The notes: generated by a model not told the origin, from the letters alone. Shown: positions 1 through 10,441, numbered from the stretch's first letter. The stretch: 64,000 bases of DNA from Nitrospirota bacterium (GCA_963754875.1 CAVWHO010000004.1:1-64000), one strand, 5' to 3'. Numbers and translations are program-made.

Positions 1-74
1 CCCATTGGCATGGCCGGGCACTTGTGGCCGTGAAACTTCATTGCAGTCTCGAAATACTCGCTCAATTCCTTCAT
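1..74 (-). CDS. FmdE-family protein, 5' end only (runs off the window)
   Basis: Manual translation MKELSEYFETAMKFHGHKCPAMPMG; FHGHxC motif; GGAGG RBS upstream; not in the ORF track. Confidence 0.8.
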   Translation of the reverse strand, partial: MKELSEYFETAMKFHGHKCPAMPM

Positions 75-220
75 GGCACACCTCCGTTGTGATGAGTTGG
101 TTTTACATCGAACATTGAACCCCGTAATCTCAACCGAGTTACCAGCCGTTCCACCAGCAATGGCAAATGACGGAAAAGCGTTTTTTGACCCTCACTTTTC
201 GTTGTCTCATAATCAGATCC

Positions 221-913
221 TCAAAAGTGTACTATACCGATATAAAGTCCGGCCACGGTCAGCACCGCGCCACTAAGTCTCTTCGACCAAACTGAGAAAC
301 TCTTGATACCCTTCGAGATCACGATACTCTCCGTCAGACCGATTGATAGACCTGCGATGAAAATGAAGGCACAATGTCCCACGGCATACACAAAGAGGAG
401 CGACCCGCCGTACAGGACATCGCCTTGCGTTGACACGTAGGCGAGGATCACAGCGAGCACCGGGGTTGCACAGGGAGATGATACGGTGCCGGTCAGAAGA
501 CCGAGAAGGAACGCGCCCCAGAGACCGCGAGACTTGACCTGGTGCGATTTCTGGAACGGAAGCGGGATCGAGATGAGGCCCATAAGCTGGAGCCCCATGG
601 CCACGGCAATCACTGCAAGACCGATATACAGCCACTGGCCCGCAAACGAGAGAAAGTGCCCCATGGCCGATGCCGTAGCGCCGAGAATCGTAAAGGTGAT
701 CGAGAGCCCGAGAATAAACACGAGCGAGTAGATCGCGGCTTTTTTCTTATCTCCTCCGGAATAGCCGCCTACGTACCCGATGATCAGCGGGATGGCCGCG
801 AGCACGCAGGGACTGGCCGCTGATATCAGACCGCCGATAAAAACGGCGAGATAAGCGAAGCTGTGGTTGTTCTGGACGATCGATTGAATATTGTTCAGCA
901 TGGATTCCATCAC
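221..913 (-). CDS. ccdA: CcdA/DsbD-type transmembrane thiol-disulfide electron transporter
   Basis: SPCVL and SPCATP motifs, about six hydrophobic segments. Confidence 0.9.
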   Translation of the reverse strand: MMESMLNNIQSIVQNNHSFAYLAVFIGGLISAASPCVLAAIPLIIGYVGGYSGGDKKKAAIYSLVFILGLSITFTILGATASAMGHFLSFAGQWLYIGLAVIAVAMGLQLMGLISIPLPFQKSHQVKSRGLWGAFLLGLLTGTVSSPCATPVLAVILAYVSTQGDVLYGGSLLFVYAVGHCAFIFIAGLSIGLTESIVISKGIKSFSVWSKRLSGAVLTVAGLYIGIVHF

Positions 914-935
914 GAATTACCTCTTCATCGTTTCA

Positions 936-1319
936 TCATATCCCCGCTTTTTTCAAAACCGGCGTTATCTCCTCAAAAGCATAGAATCCTATATGCCGGT
1001 GGAACTCGTTGCCCTTGGCGTCCAGAAAAACCTGCGTGGGGATCATATGCACATTGAATCGCCTTCCGGTCTTATTGTCCTGGCGCACATCGATAAAGAT
1101 CACTTCAAGTTTTCCTGTATATGTTTCACGAAGCTTCTGCATTACTGCCTTCATCTGCTCGCAGGGTATGCAGCCGACCGATCCGAGCTCAAGCATGACG
1201 ATCTTGTTTTCCGCTTTCGCCTTGTTCAACACGGCGTCCAGGTCTCCTGCGCCGGCGCTGCTGCAGGCTGTAAAAAGCGTCAACATAAGGAACGATAACA
1301 CCATGGTCTTCAATCTCAT
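936..1319 (-). CDS. Exported (possibly lipoprotein) thioredoxin-family protein
   Basis: Signal peptide with FTAC, CIPC active site, IPT cis-Pro motif. Confidence 0.88.
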   Translation of the reverse strand: MRLKTMVLSFLMLTLFTACSSAGAGDLDAVLNKAKAENKIVMLELGSVGCIPCEQMKAVMQKLRETYTGKLEVIFIDVRQDNKTGRRFNVHMIPTQVFLDAKGNEFHRHIGFYAFEEITPVLKKAGI

Positions 1320-2032
1320 TTGGCCTCCTTCAATCTTTCAGCGAAGTACGGCGGCAGTCCGCTCGCCACGATCGCCTGAGCAGCTTTCTCCACATCATAA
1401 GGAACGCGCAGGAACTCGACCTTGACCGCCTCAACAGTCATGTCGATCAGGGCGACACAGGCCCTCGGATCGCCGTCCTTCGGTTTGCCTACGCTCCCCG
1501 CATTGATAAATATCTTCCCGGCCTGGTCCTTCCGGTAGGGCTTATGCGTATGGCCGTAGATGAGAATATCGGCATCGACTTTCTCCGCCATCTCATGAAA
1601 GAACTTTTCAGGCCGGTCCTCGTACCAGTAGAGATTGTTCTTTCGTGGCGTTGCGTGAAAGAGCGCTACTTTTCTGCCGTGAACCGTAAATGTGATCTCG
1701 GGCGGCAGCTTTCCCATGAACTCCTTTGTCTTTTGGGAAGCGTGCTCCTTTGTCCAGGCAAAGGACCGGTTCGCCATCTCCTCCTGCACCGGGTCCTCTG
1801 CCTTGCATCCGCAGTGCTCCCGGTCATGAGCAACGGTCTCGTCGTAGTTTCCCTGCACTCCCTCGATGCCGTGTTCGATGATGAAATCAACAACCTCATT
1901 CACAAACGGCGAATAACCGCCGAGATCGCCGAGATGATATACTTTCTCCACGCCAGCAGCCTGCGCCGTAGCATACGCCGCTTTCAGGGCCTCGATATTC
2001 CCGTGTATGTCTCCGAATACCGCGAATTCCAT
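1316..2032 (-). CDS. Metallophosphoesterase (YfcE/calcineurin-like), ars-operon associated
   Basis: DIHGN, GD, GNYD and GHTH motifs; HCGC segment. Confidence 0.9.
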   Translation of the reverse strand: MEFAVFGDIHGNIEALKAAYATAQAAGVEKVYHLGDLGGYSPFVNEVVDFIIEHGIEGVQGNYDETVAHDREHCGCKAEDPVQEEMANRSFAWTKEHASQKTKEFMGKLPPEITFTVHGRKVALFHATPRKNNLYWYEDRPEKFFHEMAEKVDADILIYGHTHKPYRKDQAGKIFINAGSVGKPKDGDPRACVALIDMTVEAVKVEFLRVPYDVEKAAQAIVASGLPPYFAERLKEAK

Positions 2033-2041
2033 ATGCTGACC

Positions 2042-3121
2042 TCAAAGAGCATCGGTTCCCTTGACCCTGCAATACTCAACGCTGAAATAGGTTCGCTGAA
2101 AATACTTCGCCACGTTCACCAGGCTGATCAGCACGGGCACCTCGACCAGCGGCCCGATCACCGCAGCAAACGCGGCCCCTGAATTGATGCCGAACACAGC
2201 AACAGCCACGGCTATTGCGAGCTCAAAGTTATTGCTCGCTGCGGTGAAAGAAAGCGTCGCGGTCTTCGGATAGTCCGCGCCGATCTTCTTCCCGAGATAG
2301 AACGAAACCAGGAACATGACCACGAAGTAGATCAAAAGCGGTATCGCTATCCGCACAACGTCCAGCGGCAGCTTCACGATGTAATTGCCCTTGAGCGAGA
2401 ACATGACAACGATGGTGAATAAAAGCGAGATAAGCGTGATCGGGCTGATCTTCGGGATAAAAACCTTGTCGTACCATTCGCGGTTTTTCACCTTGATGAG
2501 GGTGAAGCGCGTCAGCATGCCCGCAATAAACGGGATGCCGAGATAGATGAACACGCTCTGTGCGATCTGGCCGATGGTCACATTCACGACCACGCCCTTA
2601 AGCCCGAACCAGACCGGCAATACGGTAATGAAGATATAGGCATATACCGAGAAGAAGAGCACCTGAAAGATCGAGTTGAACGCCACAAGCCCGGCAGCAT
2701 ACTCAGGGTCCCCGCAGGCAAGATCGTTCCAGACGATCACCATGGCAATGCAGCGGGCAAGTCCGATCATGATCAGGCCGACCATGTATTCGGGATAGGA
2801 GCGGAGGAAAATGATGGCAAGTGCGAACATCAGAATGGGACCGATGACCCAATTCTGAACGAGAGAAAGGCCAAGTACCTTCTTGTTCCGGAAGACCTCG
2901 CCGAGTTCCTCGTACTTGACCTTTGCAAGCGGCGGATACATCATGAGGATCAAGCCGATAGCGATCGGGATATTGGTCGTCCCGACCTGAAAGCTGTTGA
3001 TAAAGGATTCGGTCCCCTGGATGAAATACCCGAGACCCACCCCGAGGGCCATCGCTGCGAAGATCCAGAGCGTAAGAAACCGGTCAACAAAAGAAAGCTT
3101 TTTCCCCTCTTTACTCGTCAT
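2042..3121 (-). CDS. acr3: ACR3-family arsenite efflux transporter
   Basis: [25 protein letters not shown] and GPLVEVP motifs. Confidence 0.97.
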   Translation of the reverse strand: MTSKEGKKLSFVDRFLTLWIFAAMALGVGLGYFIQGTESFINSFQVGTTNIPIAIGLILMMYPPLAKVKYEELGEVFRNKKVLGLSLVQNWVIGPILMFALAIIFLRSYPEYMVGLIMIGLARCIAMVIVWNDLACGDPEYAAGLVAFNSIFQVLFFSVYAYIFITVLPVWFGLKGVVVNVTIGQIAQSVFIYLGIPFIAGMLTRFTLIKVKNREWYDKVFIPKISPITLISLLFTIVVMFSLKGNYIVKLPLDVVRIAIPLLIYFVVMFLVSFYLGKKIGADYPKTATLSFTAASNNFELAIAVAVAVFGINSGAAFAAVIGPLVEVPVLISLVNVAKYFQRTYFSVEYCRVKGTDAL

Positions 3122-3564
3122 TTTTTGCTCCTTTGCTTCCGCATATCATTCAGCCATTCTTCGATCTTGGTCTTTATCTCATCTCTGATTACCCCTGTCT
3201 TCTTCAGCCGCTCTTCGTGGGTGCCTTGCAGCGCGGAGGGGTCTTGAAAGCCCCAATGCAGCCTCTTGATCGCAGCGGGAAAGGTCGGGCACTTCTCGGC
3301 GCTGGCCTGATCACAGACAGTTATGACGTACTGGTACATCTTGCCTTCTTTGAAAAATTTGAAAACACTCTTCGTCTCTTTTCTGGAAATGTCAATCCCG
3401 GCTTCTTTCATCGATTCAACCACCAGCGGATTCAAAGTTCCCGGCTCCAGACCGGCGCTTTCCGCTTCAAATTCTTCGTTTCCTAAAGCATTCAGAAATG
3501 CTTCAGCCATCTGGCTTCTTGCGCTATTGTGAATACAGACAAAAAGAACCTTAGCCTTGCTCAT
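3118..3564 (-). CDS. arsC: Thioredoxin-coupled arsenate reductase (LMW-PTP fold)
   Basis: [13 protein letters not shown]-loop, TVCD...CP, HWGFQDP; adjacent to acr3. Confidence 0.93.
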   Translation of the reverse strand: MSKAKVLFVCIHNSARSQMAEAFLNALGNEEFEAESAGLEPGTLNPLVVESMKEAGIDISRKETKSVFKFFKEGKMYQYVITVCDQASAEKCPTFPAAIKRLHWGFQDPSALQGTHEERLKKTGVIRDEIKTKIEEWLNDMRKQRSKK

Positions 3565-3593
3565 TACAATCCTCCCGTTTATATACTCTTAAG

Positions 3594-3985
3594 TTATTTT
3601 AGCTCTGCTGCTCCGCAGGAGCAGGCTTTGCTCTTCTTCGGTTCACACCCGGGACCGGACTTCTTCGATTTCAGAAACCGTCCTAGCCGTTTCTGGTCTT
3701 CCGTGACCAGGCTGCCGTCCGCCTTTTCACAGACGGACACCATGAGCATCCGCCTGAACAGGTCCGACTCGTTCAGGCTGTAATGGATCCACTTCCCCTC
3801 TTTACGGTCCTTGATGAGCCCCGCTTCCTTGAGCGCACGAGATGGAACGATACCTTCGGCTGCACCATATCAAGCGCAGCAACGTTATGTCGCACACGCA
3901 TAATCACCCTGTTCCGAGCAGCTTGATGATCCGGAGTCTGGTTTCGTCGGACAGCGCCTTGAATATCGTCATGAGTTCGTTCCAT
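3594..3985 (-). pseudogene. arsR: ArsR/SmtB repressor, frameshifted several times (probably assembly indels)
   Basis: Joined frames read IFKALSDETRLRIIKLL...LCVCDI...QPKVSFHL...LKEAGLIKDRKEGKWIHYSL...GCEPKKSKACSCGAAELK*. Confidence 0.85.
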
Positions 3986-3993
3986 TTCCGCCT

Positions 3994-4236
3994 CTACGCC
4001 TCTTTCTTGATCAGTTCCTTCACCTTTTCCAGGCTCGGAAGCGGTTTGCCGGAATGTATTATCTTCCCATTCACGATGAGCCCTGGCGTCGAAAGGATCC
4101 CATGCATTGCGATCTGACCGATGTCGGTGATTTTTTCTACCTTCGCGTCAATGCTGAGCTCCTTGACAGCGGTTTTAGCCATCTCTTCCATCTTTTGGCA
4201 GTTAGAACATCCGGGGCCAAGTACTTTAATTTCCAT
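3994..4236 (-). CDS. Small redox-active disulfide protein (MTH895-like thioredoxin family)
   Basis: MEIKVLGPGCSNC...STPGLIVNG. Confidence 0.9.
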   Translation of the reverse strand: MEIKVLGPGCSNCQKMEEMAKTAVKELSIDAKVEKITDIGQIAMHGILSTPGLIVNGKIIHSGKPLPSLEKVKELIKKEA

Positions 4237-4248
4237 ATCGTGTTCTCC

Positions 4249-5199
4249 TTACAGAATTGAGTTGAACAGGTAACCGACGCCAATGATGGTGACCGTCATG
4301 ACAGTCACAAAAACAGCGAGCAGTTGCACTTTCAGCACCTTCCGCAGTATGATCATTTCGGGCAACGACAGGGCGGTCACCGCCATCATGAAGGCCAGCA
4401 CCGTGCCCATGCTCATCCCTTTTTCCATCAGAGCGTAGACAATGGGGATAACCCCGGCTGCATTAGAGTACAGGGGCACACCAAGGGCAACGGCAACAGG
4501 GACGCCGAATGGATTTTGCGGGCCGGCATACCGCACCAGGAAGTCCTCGGGCACATAGCCGTGAATGAAGCCGCCTATCCCGATGGCGACAATCACGTAC
4601 AACCATACCCTCTTGAGGATGTCCACAGTGCTCCAGCGGGCGGAAATGAGCCGTTCCTTGAACTTCTGCTTCGCGATCTCCTGAATAGCCCCAAGTGAAT
4701 GGATCTTATACACATACTCCTCGACCCACTTTTCGAGCTTCAGCTTGCCGATGATCATGCCCGCGATGATCGCAACAATAAGACCTGTTCCCATATATAT
4801 AAATGCAATTTTCCAGCCGAACAAACCCCAGAGGAGCACAATGGCTACCTCGTTTACCATAGGCGAGGAAATGAGGAAGGAAAAAGTCACACCAAGCGGA
4901 ACTCCGGCCTCGACAAAGCCGATAAAGAGCGGAACAGCAGAGCAGGAACAGAACGGAGTAACAATGCCCAGCAAGGCGGCGAGCACATTACCGATAAATT
5001 CTCGTTTATGGGAAAGGATGCGCTTCGTCCGCTCAGGCGGAAAGTAGCTCCGGATGATGGAAATGATGAAGATAATAACGGAAAGGAGCAGAAAGATCTT
5101 TATTATGTCATATATAAAGAATTCAAGGGCATCTGACGAGCGGCCCTGCACCATGCCGAACAGGTCATACACCAGATAGTGAGCAAAAGCCTTCAGCAC
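4249..5199 (-). CDS. arsP: ArsP/DUF318 permease
   Basis: TPFCSCS and GVPLY motifs, two hydrophobic halves; first gene of the ars operon. Confidence 0.85.
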   Translation of the reverse strand: MLKAFAHYLVYDLFGMVQGRSSDALEFFIYDIIKIFLLLSVIIFIISIIRSYFPPERTKRILSHKREFIGNVLAALLGIVTPFCSCSAVPLFIGFVEAGVPLGVTFSFLISSPMVNEVAIVLLWGLFGWKIAFIYMGTGLIVAIIAGMIIGKLKLEKWVEEYVYKIHSLGAIQEIAKQKFKERLISARWSTVDILKRVWLYVIVAIGIGGFIHGYVPEDFLVRYAGPQNPFGVPVAVALGVPLYSNAAGVIPIVYALMEKGMSMGTVLAFMMAVTALSLPEMIILRKVLKVQLLAVFVTVMTVTIIGVGYLFNSIL

Positions 5200-5210
5200 C
5201 GCTTCACCTC

Positions 5211-5257
5211 ATATAAATCTATTTTTATATGTTAGCGAAGTGAAGCCGGTTTGTCAA
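5211..5257 (-). promoter_or_regulatory. Sigma-70 promoter of the ars operon with an overlapping palindrome (probable ArsR operator)
   Basis: Minus strand TTGACA-17-TAACAT (5257-5229); ATATAAA-N6-TTTATAT at 5211-5230. Confidence 0.75.
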
Positions 5258-5278
5258 GCGCTTATTTTCTGCTTACTA

Positions 5279-5953
5279 TCATGGATGTTCCTCCACCCAG
5301 ACTTCCCCATCCGGAGTGGTTTCCTTCTTCCAGATGGGTGTGATTCGTTTCAACTCGTCGATACAGAAACGGCAGGCTTTGAACGCCTCGTCGCGGTGTT
5401 CCGATGCGACGGCGATCAGTACGATGTTCTCTCCCACTGGCAGGGTCCCCACCCGGTGAATGATCGTTGCGTCGGTCACACCGTATTCTCTGATCGCCCG
5501 GTCCCGTATCTCGGCGAGCTTTTTTTCCGCCATGCCTGGATAGTGCTCGAATTCGAGCTTTGCCACCCGCTTTTCCTGCGAGATGTCCCGCGTGGTCCCG
5601 AGAAAGGTCACGATGCCGCCTATGGAAGACGAAGACTGTTTTAGTCTGTCAACTTCATCATCAAGAGAGAATGGCTCCTTCTGAATCCTGACAATGCCGA
5701 AGCGCCCGGACCCGCCCGAAAAGGGCGGCATCAGAGCGACTTCATCGCCGTCCTGCACCAATGTATCCTGTTTAACGAATTCCTGGTTCACTGCGATCAG
5801 TATCCGGTCCAGCTTCACGAGCTCGGACAAAGAGGGATACTCCCGTATCACATGGCCTATAAGCTCCGATACCGTACCCGACGAAAAGTCGAGAGTTACC
5901 ACATCCCTGCCGGCACGGTCTTTTAATATGGCGAAGAATCTGACGGTTATCAT
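5279..5953 (-). CDS. Fused MoaD-MoaE molybdopterin synthase (MoaX-like)
   Basis: Ubiquitin-like domain ending PPFSGG, then a MoaE domain (HRVG, PIWKKE). Confidence 0.92.
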   Translation of the reverse strand: MITVRFFAILKDRAGRDVVTLDFSSGTVSELIGHVIREYPSLSELVKLDRILIAVNQEFVKQDTLVQDGDEVALMPPFSGGSGRFGIVRIQKEPFSLDDEVDRLKQSSSSIGGIVTFLGTTRDISQEKRVAKLEFEHYPGMAEKKLAEIRDRAIREYGVTDATIIHRVGTLPVGENIVLIAVASEHRDEAFKACRFCIDELKRITPIWKKETTPDGEVWVEEHP

Positions 5954-5959
5954 ATCTTG

Positions 5960-6440
5960 TTATTTCCTCTCGAATATCCCGCTCTTGCCGCCAGTCTTCT
6001 TCATCAGCCTGATGTCGGATATGGTCATACCTCGGTCAACGGCCTTGCACATGTCATAGATCGTTAGACACGCTGCCGAGACAGCCGTCAGCGCTTCCAT
6101 CTCTACCCCGGTTTGTCCCGTAGTTGTTACCGTGGCAAGCGCTTTCACGCACGAAGTCCTTTCGTCAGGCTCAAACGAAATATCCACTGATGTCAGGCTC
6201 AAGGGGTGGCACAACGGTATCAGATCGGCCGTTTTCTTTGCCGTCATGATTCCCGCGATCCGCGCTACTCCGAACACGTCTCCTTTCGTAACCTTGCGAT
6301 CCAGTATCAGTCGAAGTGTCTCGGGCAGCATAATAACACGGCCCGCAGCGACTGCCTCGCGGGCAGTTCCCGGCTTGTCCGGAAACGTTCACCATGCGCG
6401 CGGCGCCGTCTTCGTCAAAGTGCGTCAACTTATCGGTCAT
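5960..6440 (-). CDS. moaC: Cyclic pyranopterin monophosphate synthase, frameshift near 6380
   Basis: LTHFD...ARMVNVS in one frame; LIPLCHP, GVEMEAL, YDMCKA and KTGGKSG in another. Confidence 0.9.
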
Positions 6441-6443
6441 TTT

Positions 6444-7456
6444 TTATCCGCCTATCTGGGACATGGGAGACAAGGAAGGATGGTCCAAAGACCCGTCGCG
6501 CAGCATGTGGCTTGCGGGTTTGGACAAGACAGCGTGGCGATAAAGAGCTTCGAGTTCTTCGTCGGACGCGCCGTTCCTGAGAGGAGTTTTAATGTCCACT
6601 GACATTTCTGAAAAAAGACACGGTCTTAATTTACCGATTGCCGTTAGCCGCAGCCTGTTGCAGGAACTGCAAAAGCAGTCGCTTATTGCGCTGATGAAGC
6701 CGATCATTCCCGGCGCGCGCCTTCGATCCGGTAATTTCGTGACGGGCCTCCGCCCTTAAACGGAAGCTGGATGAGTTTACCCACGGAAGCCACGCGATCC
6801 ATGATCTCGTCCTTGCTCAGATAGGCATCGGGTTTCCATGCGCTCTGCTTTCCGATTGGCATGAACTCAATAAATCGAACGTGAACGTCCTTTTTCAATG
6901 TCAAGGCCGCAAAGTCGGGGATTTCATCGTCATTGACGCCCCGTACCGGCACCATATTGATCTTGACCGGCGAGAGTCCCGCGCGCTCTGACTCCATAAT
7001 GGCTTCCCATACGCGATGCAATTCGCCGCCCCGCGTAATGTCGTTATACCGCTTTTTCTGAAGCGTATCGAGGCTGATGTTCACCCGGTCGAGTCCCGCT
7101 TTTTTAAGCGCCTCTGCCTTACCGGCCAGCCGCTGCGCGTTCGTCGTTATGCTGAGATCCTGAATGCCGGCGCGCTTGATGCCTGTGATAAGCGGAATGA
7201 TATCTTCCCGCAAAAGAGGTTCGCCGCCCGTAAGCCGCGCCTTTTTAACGCCGTATTTGCATGCGATTTGCACGATCCTGATGATCTCGTCGCTCGTGAG
7301 AATATCGGCTTGGGCGAAGTGCCTGAGCCCTTTTTCCGGCATGCAATAAATGCATTTCAAATTGCACCGGTCGGTTATAGATATCCTGAGATAGTCTATC
7401 CGCCTGTCGTATGAATCTGTAAGAGCGTCGAATCCCGGTAAGCCGTCAGTCATCAT
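6444..7456 (-). CDS. moaA: GTP 3',8-cyclase (radical SAM), frameshift near 6710
   Basis: CNLKCIYC motif; the C-terminal frame has FCSSCNRLRLT...C and ends MSQIGG. Confidence 0.92.
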
Positions 7457-7538
7457 AAATCAGCCGATCCAGCAACAGTATTTTGTCTCGTTTTCATGCA
7501 CGCCGGGCGGACAAAGTCATCGCCCGGGCAATGCAAGT

Positions 7539-7739
7539 TCAAGCTGTTTTCTCTTCCTTCTTCTCAAGAGACTCAACCGCGTCTTTCGGATCATCTTTTT
7601 CGGCTAACGCTTTTTTAAATGATCGTATGCTTTTCCCCAGGCCTGCGCCGATTTCCGGCAACTTACCGGGGCCGAATATGATCAGTACGATGAAAAGTAT
7701 CAAAATCAAGTGCATGGGTCTCAGCAGTCCTTCAAACAT
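7539..7739 (-). CDS. tatA: Twin-arginine translocase TatA/E subunit
   Basis: TM helix followed by [22 protein letters not shown]. Confidence 0.93.
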   Translation of the reverse strand: MFEGLLRPMHLILILFIVLIIFGPGKLPEIGAGLGKSIRSFKKALAEKDDPKDAVESLEKKEEKTA

Positions 7740-7782
7740 GTTTAGTTCTCCTTCTTAAACTAGAGTTAAATTTTCGCACCGG

Positions 7783-8976
7783 CTATCCCAGCTTCCCGAA
7801 AGGACAGACAGGATACCTGCATACGTCGCACTTCAAGCAGAGTCCGCCATGGCCCAGCGCGGCGACCTCTTTTCTCCCTATCCGCTCTCCGGCGAGGACC
7901 CTGGGAAGAATCAGATCGAAGATTGTGGTCTTTGCATACATGCCGCAGGCAGGTATGCCGATGATCGGGACAGGGTCAAGGGTCCGGGGTCCAGAGTTCA
8001 GGGAAGTCTTTTCCGGCTCCCGGCCCCTGGCTGCCGGCCCCTGCTCCAGATATGCGATAAGAAACATAGCACCGGGAAGAACCGCCGAACCGTAGGTGAT
8101 GTCGCCCGCGCCCAGTTCCTTGATCGCGAACCGCGTTACGTCATCCGGATCCACCGACATACCGCCTGTGGTGATAAGGAGGTCGGCTCCGGCGTTCAAT
8201 AGTTCCCGAAGCCTGTCCACGATGAACGCTTTATCGTCCGGCGCATAGTAGACGCCCACAAGTTCCCCGCCGATCTCCTCGATCTTTTTCGTGATGACCG
8301 GTGCAAAGGCGTCCTTGATCCTCCCGTGGTATACTTCGTTGCCCGTTATGACGACGCCGGCTTTGGGCTTGCGGAGTTCTTTAACCGCGAGGACGCCGCT
8401 CTGGACCGAGGCAACCGCGTTGCCGTGCGATATAACGCCGACGCGGTCGGCTTGGTCCATATTTGCAATCCTCACCGCCGCCTCCACAACCTGTTTCTTC
8501 ACCACCAGCGGAATCGCCCGTGTTCCCGCCACGGTCTGGCCTTTTTTAACGACCGTATTATCATGCAGCGTTGCACACATGACATCGCCAAGCATGTTAA
8601 AGTTTAATAACGCATCCCTATCTATCTTCAGGAGGCCGTCGCGTTCCGCGATGATGCTGATTTTCCCTTCCTTCGGCTCTCCCTTGATCGCTACCCCGTC
8701 TCCTATAAGCGCATTCGCGATAGCGAATGCCGCGTCGTTCTCGTGCATTTCATCTTCAGCGACCTGTAACACAAAGAGATGTTCCTTGCCGAGCCGCTGA
8801 AGGTGACATACGTCTTCCTCCCGGATGATGTGCCCTTTCTTAAAGGCGCGTCCTTTGAATTCACCCGGCCTGATCTCGGTAATATCATGGGCAAGGACCG
8901 TGCCGACAGCCTCCGTTACCCGAACCGTTTTATTTGATAGTTTGCTCCCCGTTTCAGAACCATGGATATCGCACAT
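7783..8976 (-). CDS. Molybdopterin-binding (MoeA/MogA-like domain) protein
   Basis: LAHDITEI, TGNEV, TGGMSVDPDD, LPGAMF; C-terminal CLKC..C..PVC. Confidence 0.85.
   Translation of the reverse strand: MCDIHGSETGSKLSNKTVRVTEAVGTVLAHDITEIRPGEFKGRAFKKGHIIREEDVCHLQRLGKEHLFVLQVAEDEMHENDAAFAIANALIGDGVAIKGEPKEGKISIIAERDGLLKIDRDALLNFNMLGDVMCATLHDNTVVKKGQTVAGTRAIPLVVKKQVVEAAVRIANMDQADRVGVISHGNAVASVQSGVLAVKELRKPKAGVVITGNEVYHGRIKDAFAPVITKKIEEIGGELVGVYYAPDDKAFIVDRLRELLNAGADLLITTGGMSVDPDDVTRFAIKELGAGDITYGSAVLPGAMFLIAYLEQGPAARGREPEKTSLNSGPRTLDPVPIIGIPACGMYAKTTIFDLILPRVLAGERIGRKEVAALGHGGLCLKCDVCRYPVCPFGKLG
7973..8043. repeat. Degenerate heptamer repeat tracts inside the coding sequence
   Basis: GGGTCAA GGGTCCG GGGTCCA GAGTTCA ... 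CCGGCTC CCGGCCC CTGGCTG CCGGCCC. Confidence 0.6.
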
Positions 8977-8985
8977 AACCCCCTC

Positions 8986-10089
8986 CTACGCTCTAACTAG
9001 CTTTTTTATACCTGATAAACCGTAGTGAACCGTCAACCCGGCTAGAAAGCCCACGGTAAGATTGCCGAGTGCAAATCCCAGTGCGCCGACGGCAAACGCA
9101 ACGAACACCGACTTCTTATCATTCACGATATCTTTGATGAACAGCGCATGCTGAATGCCGACATAGCAGAGAAGAACTCCAAGAATACCGGCGGGAAAAG
9201 CTTTTATGGCGCCAAGTGCGGACCGGCCGCATAACAGGCCGACACCAATGAGAAAAAAGCCGATGATAAGACCGGACCTTCCGCTGGTCGCTCCGAACTT
9301 ATTGTGCGCCGTGAGTCCACCGCATCCGTGGCACATGGGTGCGCCACCGATCAGCCCGGAAGCGATATTCGCGACTCCCATGCTCAAAGGAATGCTTTTC
9401 AGATTGAGCCGCTGCGCTCTTGCACCATAGAGCAGCCTGCCCGTTTCGTTCGTCGCCACGATGGCATTGCCGAACGTCAACGCTATCTGAGGCACTACCA
9501 GGATGGCAAACCCTTGACAAATGTTTTCCCAGCTCGGGATCATAGGAGTCAATGCAACAGGACCGATTGACGACAGCGAGGTCTTCTTAAGCGAAAGGGC
9601 CGCTCCGAGAACGAGAAGAGGAATGAGCGGAGGGATTTTCTTGAGCAGAGTCATCGTTACAACGAGAATGATCCCGGCAACGATCACGATGACGAGGTCC
9701 GTCCTCATGAGGTCGAAAGAGGTCCTTACCAGCATGGCGCCCAGTCCGAGCTGAATGCCCCGTATGACCGAGGTCGGGAACAATTGTCCCAGCCGCGCGC
9801 TCATTCCCGTTACGGCGATGAGAATGAGAATAAACCCCATAACGATGCCGGCCGCATTGATGACGCTGAAACCCAGGCCCGAGGCAATGGCGATGGCCGA
9901 CAATGCCTTCAGCGGCTGCACCGGCATGGTGATCCTGAAATACAGGGCCGCTGCGACATAGAACAGGCCCGTCATCAGGAAAAGGGCGGTCGGATTCATG
10001 CCGTTCTTCACAATCAGGGCTACGGCAAGGGGGAAGAGGACGCCGATGTCGCCGAAAGCCCCGGAAACGTCCCACAGAAATTTATTCAT
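8986..10089 (-). CDS. MOT1-like putative molybdate/sulfate transporter
   Basis: GAFGDIG, PVQPLK, PQIALT, PMCHGCGG; lies among Moco genes; start placed at MNKF. Confidence 0.85.
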   Translation of the reverse strand: MNKFLWDVSGAFGDIGVLFPLAVALIVKNGMNPTALFLMTGLFYVAAALYFRITMPVQPLKALSAIAIASGLGFSVINAAGIVMGFILILIAVTGMSARLGQLFPTSVIRGIQLGLGAMLVRTSFDLMRTDLVIVIVAGIILVVTMTLLKKIPPLIPLLVLGAALSLKKTSLSSIGPVALTPMIPSWENICQGFAILVVPQIALTFGNAIVATNETGRLLYGARAQRLNLKSIPLSMGVANIASGLIGGAPMCHGCGGLTAHNKFGATSGRSGLIIGFFLIGVGLLCGRSALGAIKAFPAGILGVLLCYVGIQHALFIKDIVNDKKSVFVAFAVGALGFALGNLTVGFLAGLTVHYGLSGIKKLVRA

Positions 10090-10090
10090 A

Positions 10091-10441
10091 CTATCTGAAA
10101 ACCTTCCCGAAGCGTTTATCAACGATCTCTTGTATGCCTTTTTCCAGCGCTTCGTATTTCTTCAAAAACCTCCGCGCTTCTGTTGTCAGGGCCGCGCCCC
10201 CGCCGTTCTTGCCGCCGGTTTGTCGATCGACAAGCTTTACGCCGAGTCGCTCTTCCATGGCCTTGATGTGGCCCCATGCCTTGCGAAAGGAAATATCAAC
10301 CTCCTGCGCAGCCTGGTTGATAGAGCCGTGCGAATCGATGGCCTCCAAGAGAAAGCGCCTGCCCCGGCCGAAAACGGGTTCACCATCTGCCTCAATCCAT
10401 AATTTTGATCTGATAGCCAGACCGTTATGGCTTTTCCGCAT
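10091..10441 (-). CDS. ModE-like winged-helix regulator (N-terminal domain only)
   Basis: FGRGR..LLEAI...GSINQAA...ISFRKAW...GGKNGGGA; no molbindin domains. Confidence 0.85.
   Translation of the reverse strand: MRKSHNGLAIRSKLWIEADGEPVFGRGRRFLLEAIDSHGSINQAAQEVDISFRKAWGHIKAMEERLGVKLVDRQTGGKNGGGAALTTEARRFLKKYEALEKGIQEIVDKRFGKVFR

Noticed and set aside
124..142. Imperfect palindrome GTAATCTC-AACC-GAGTTAC upstream of the partial FmdE gene as a metal-regulator site
   Set aside because: Single, short and imperfect; it cannot be assigned without comparative data.
6704..6706. TGA ending the moaA N-terminal ORF (and a TGA inside arsR) as selenocysteine
   Set aside because: The conserved sequence continues in a different frame and the position is not a Cys site; these are frameshifts.
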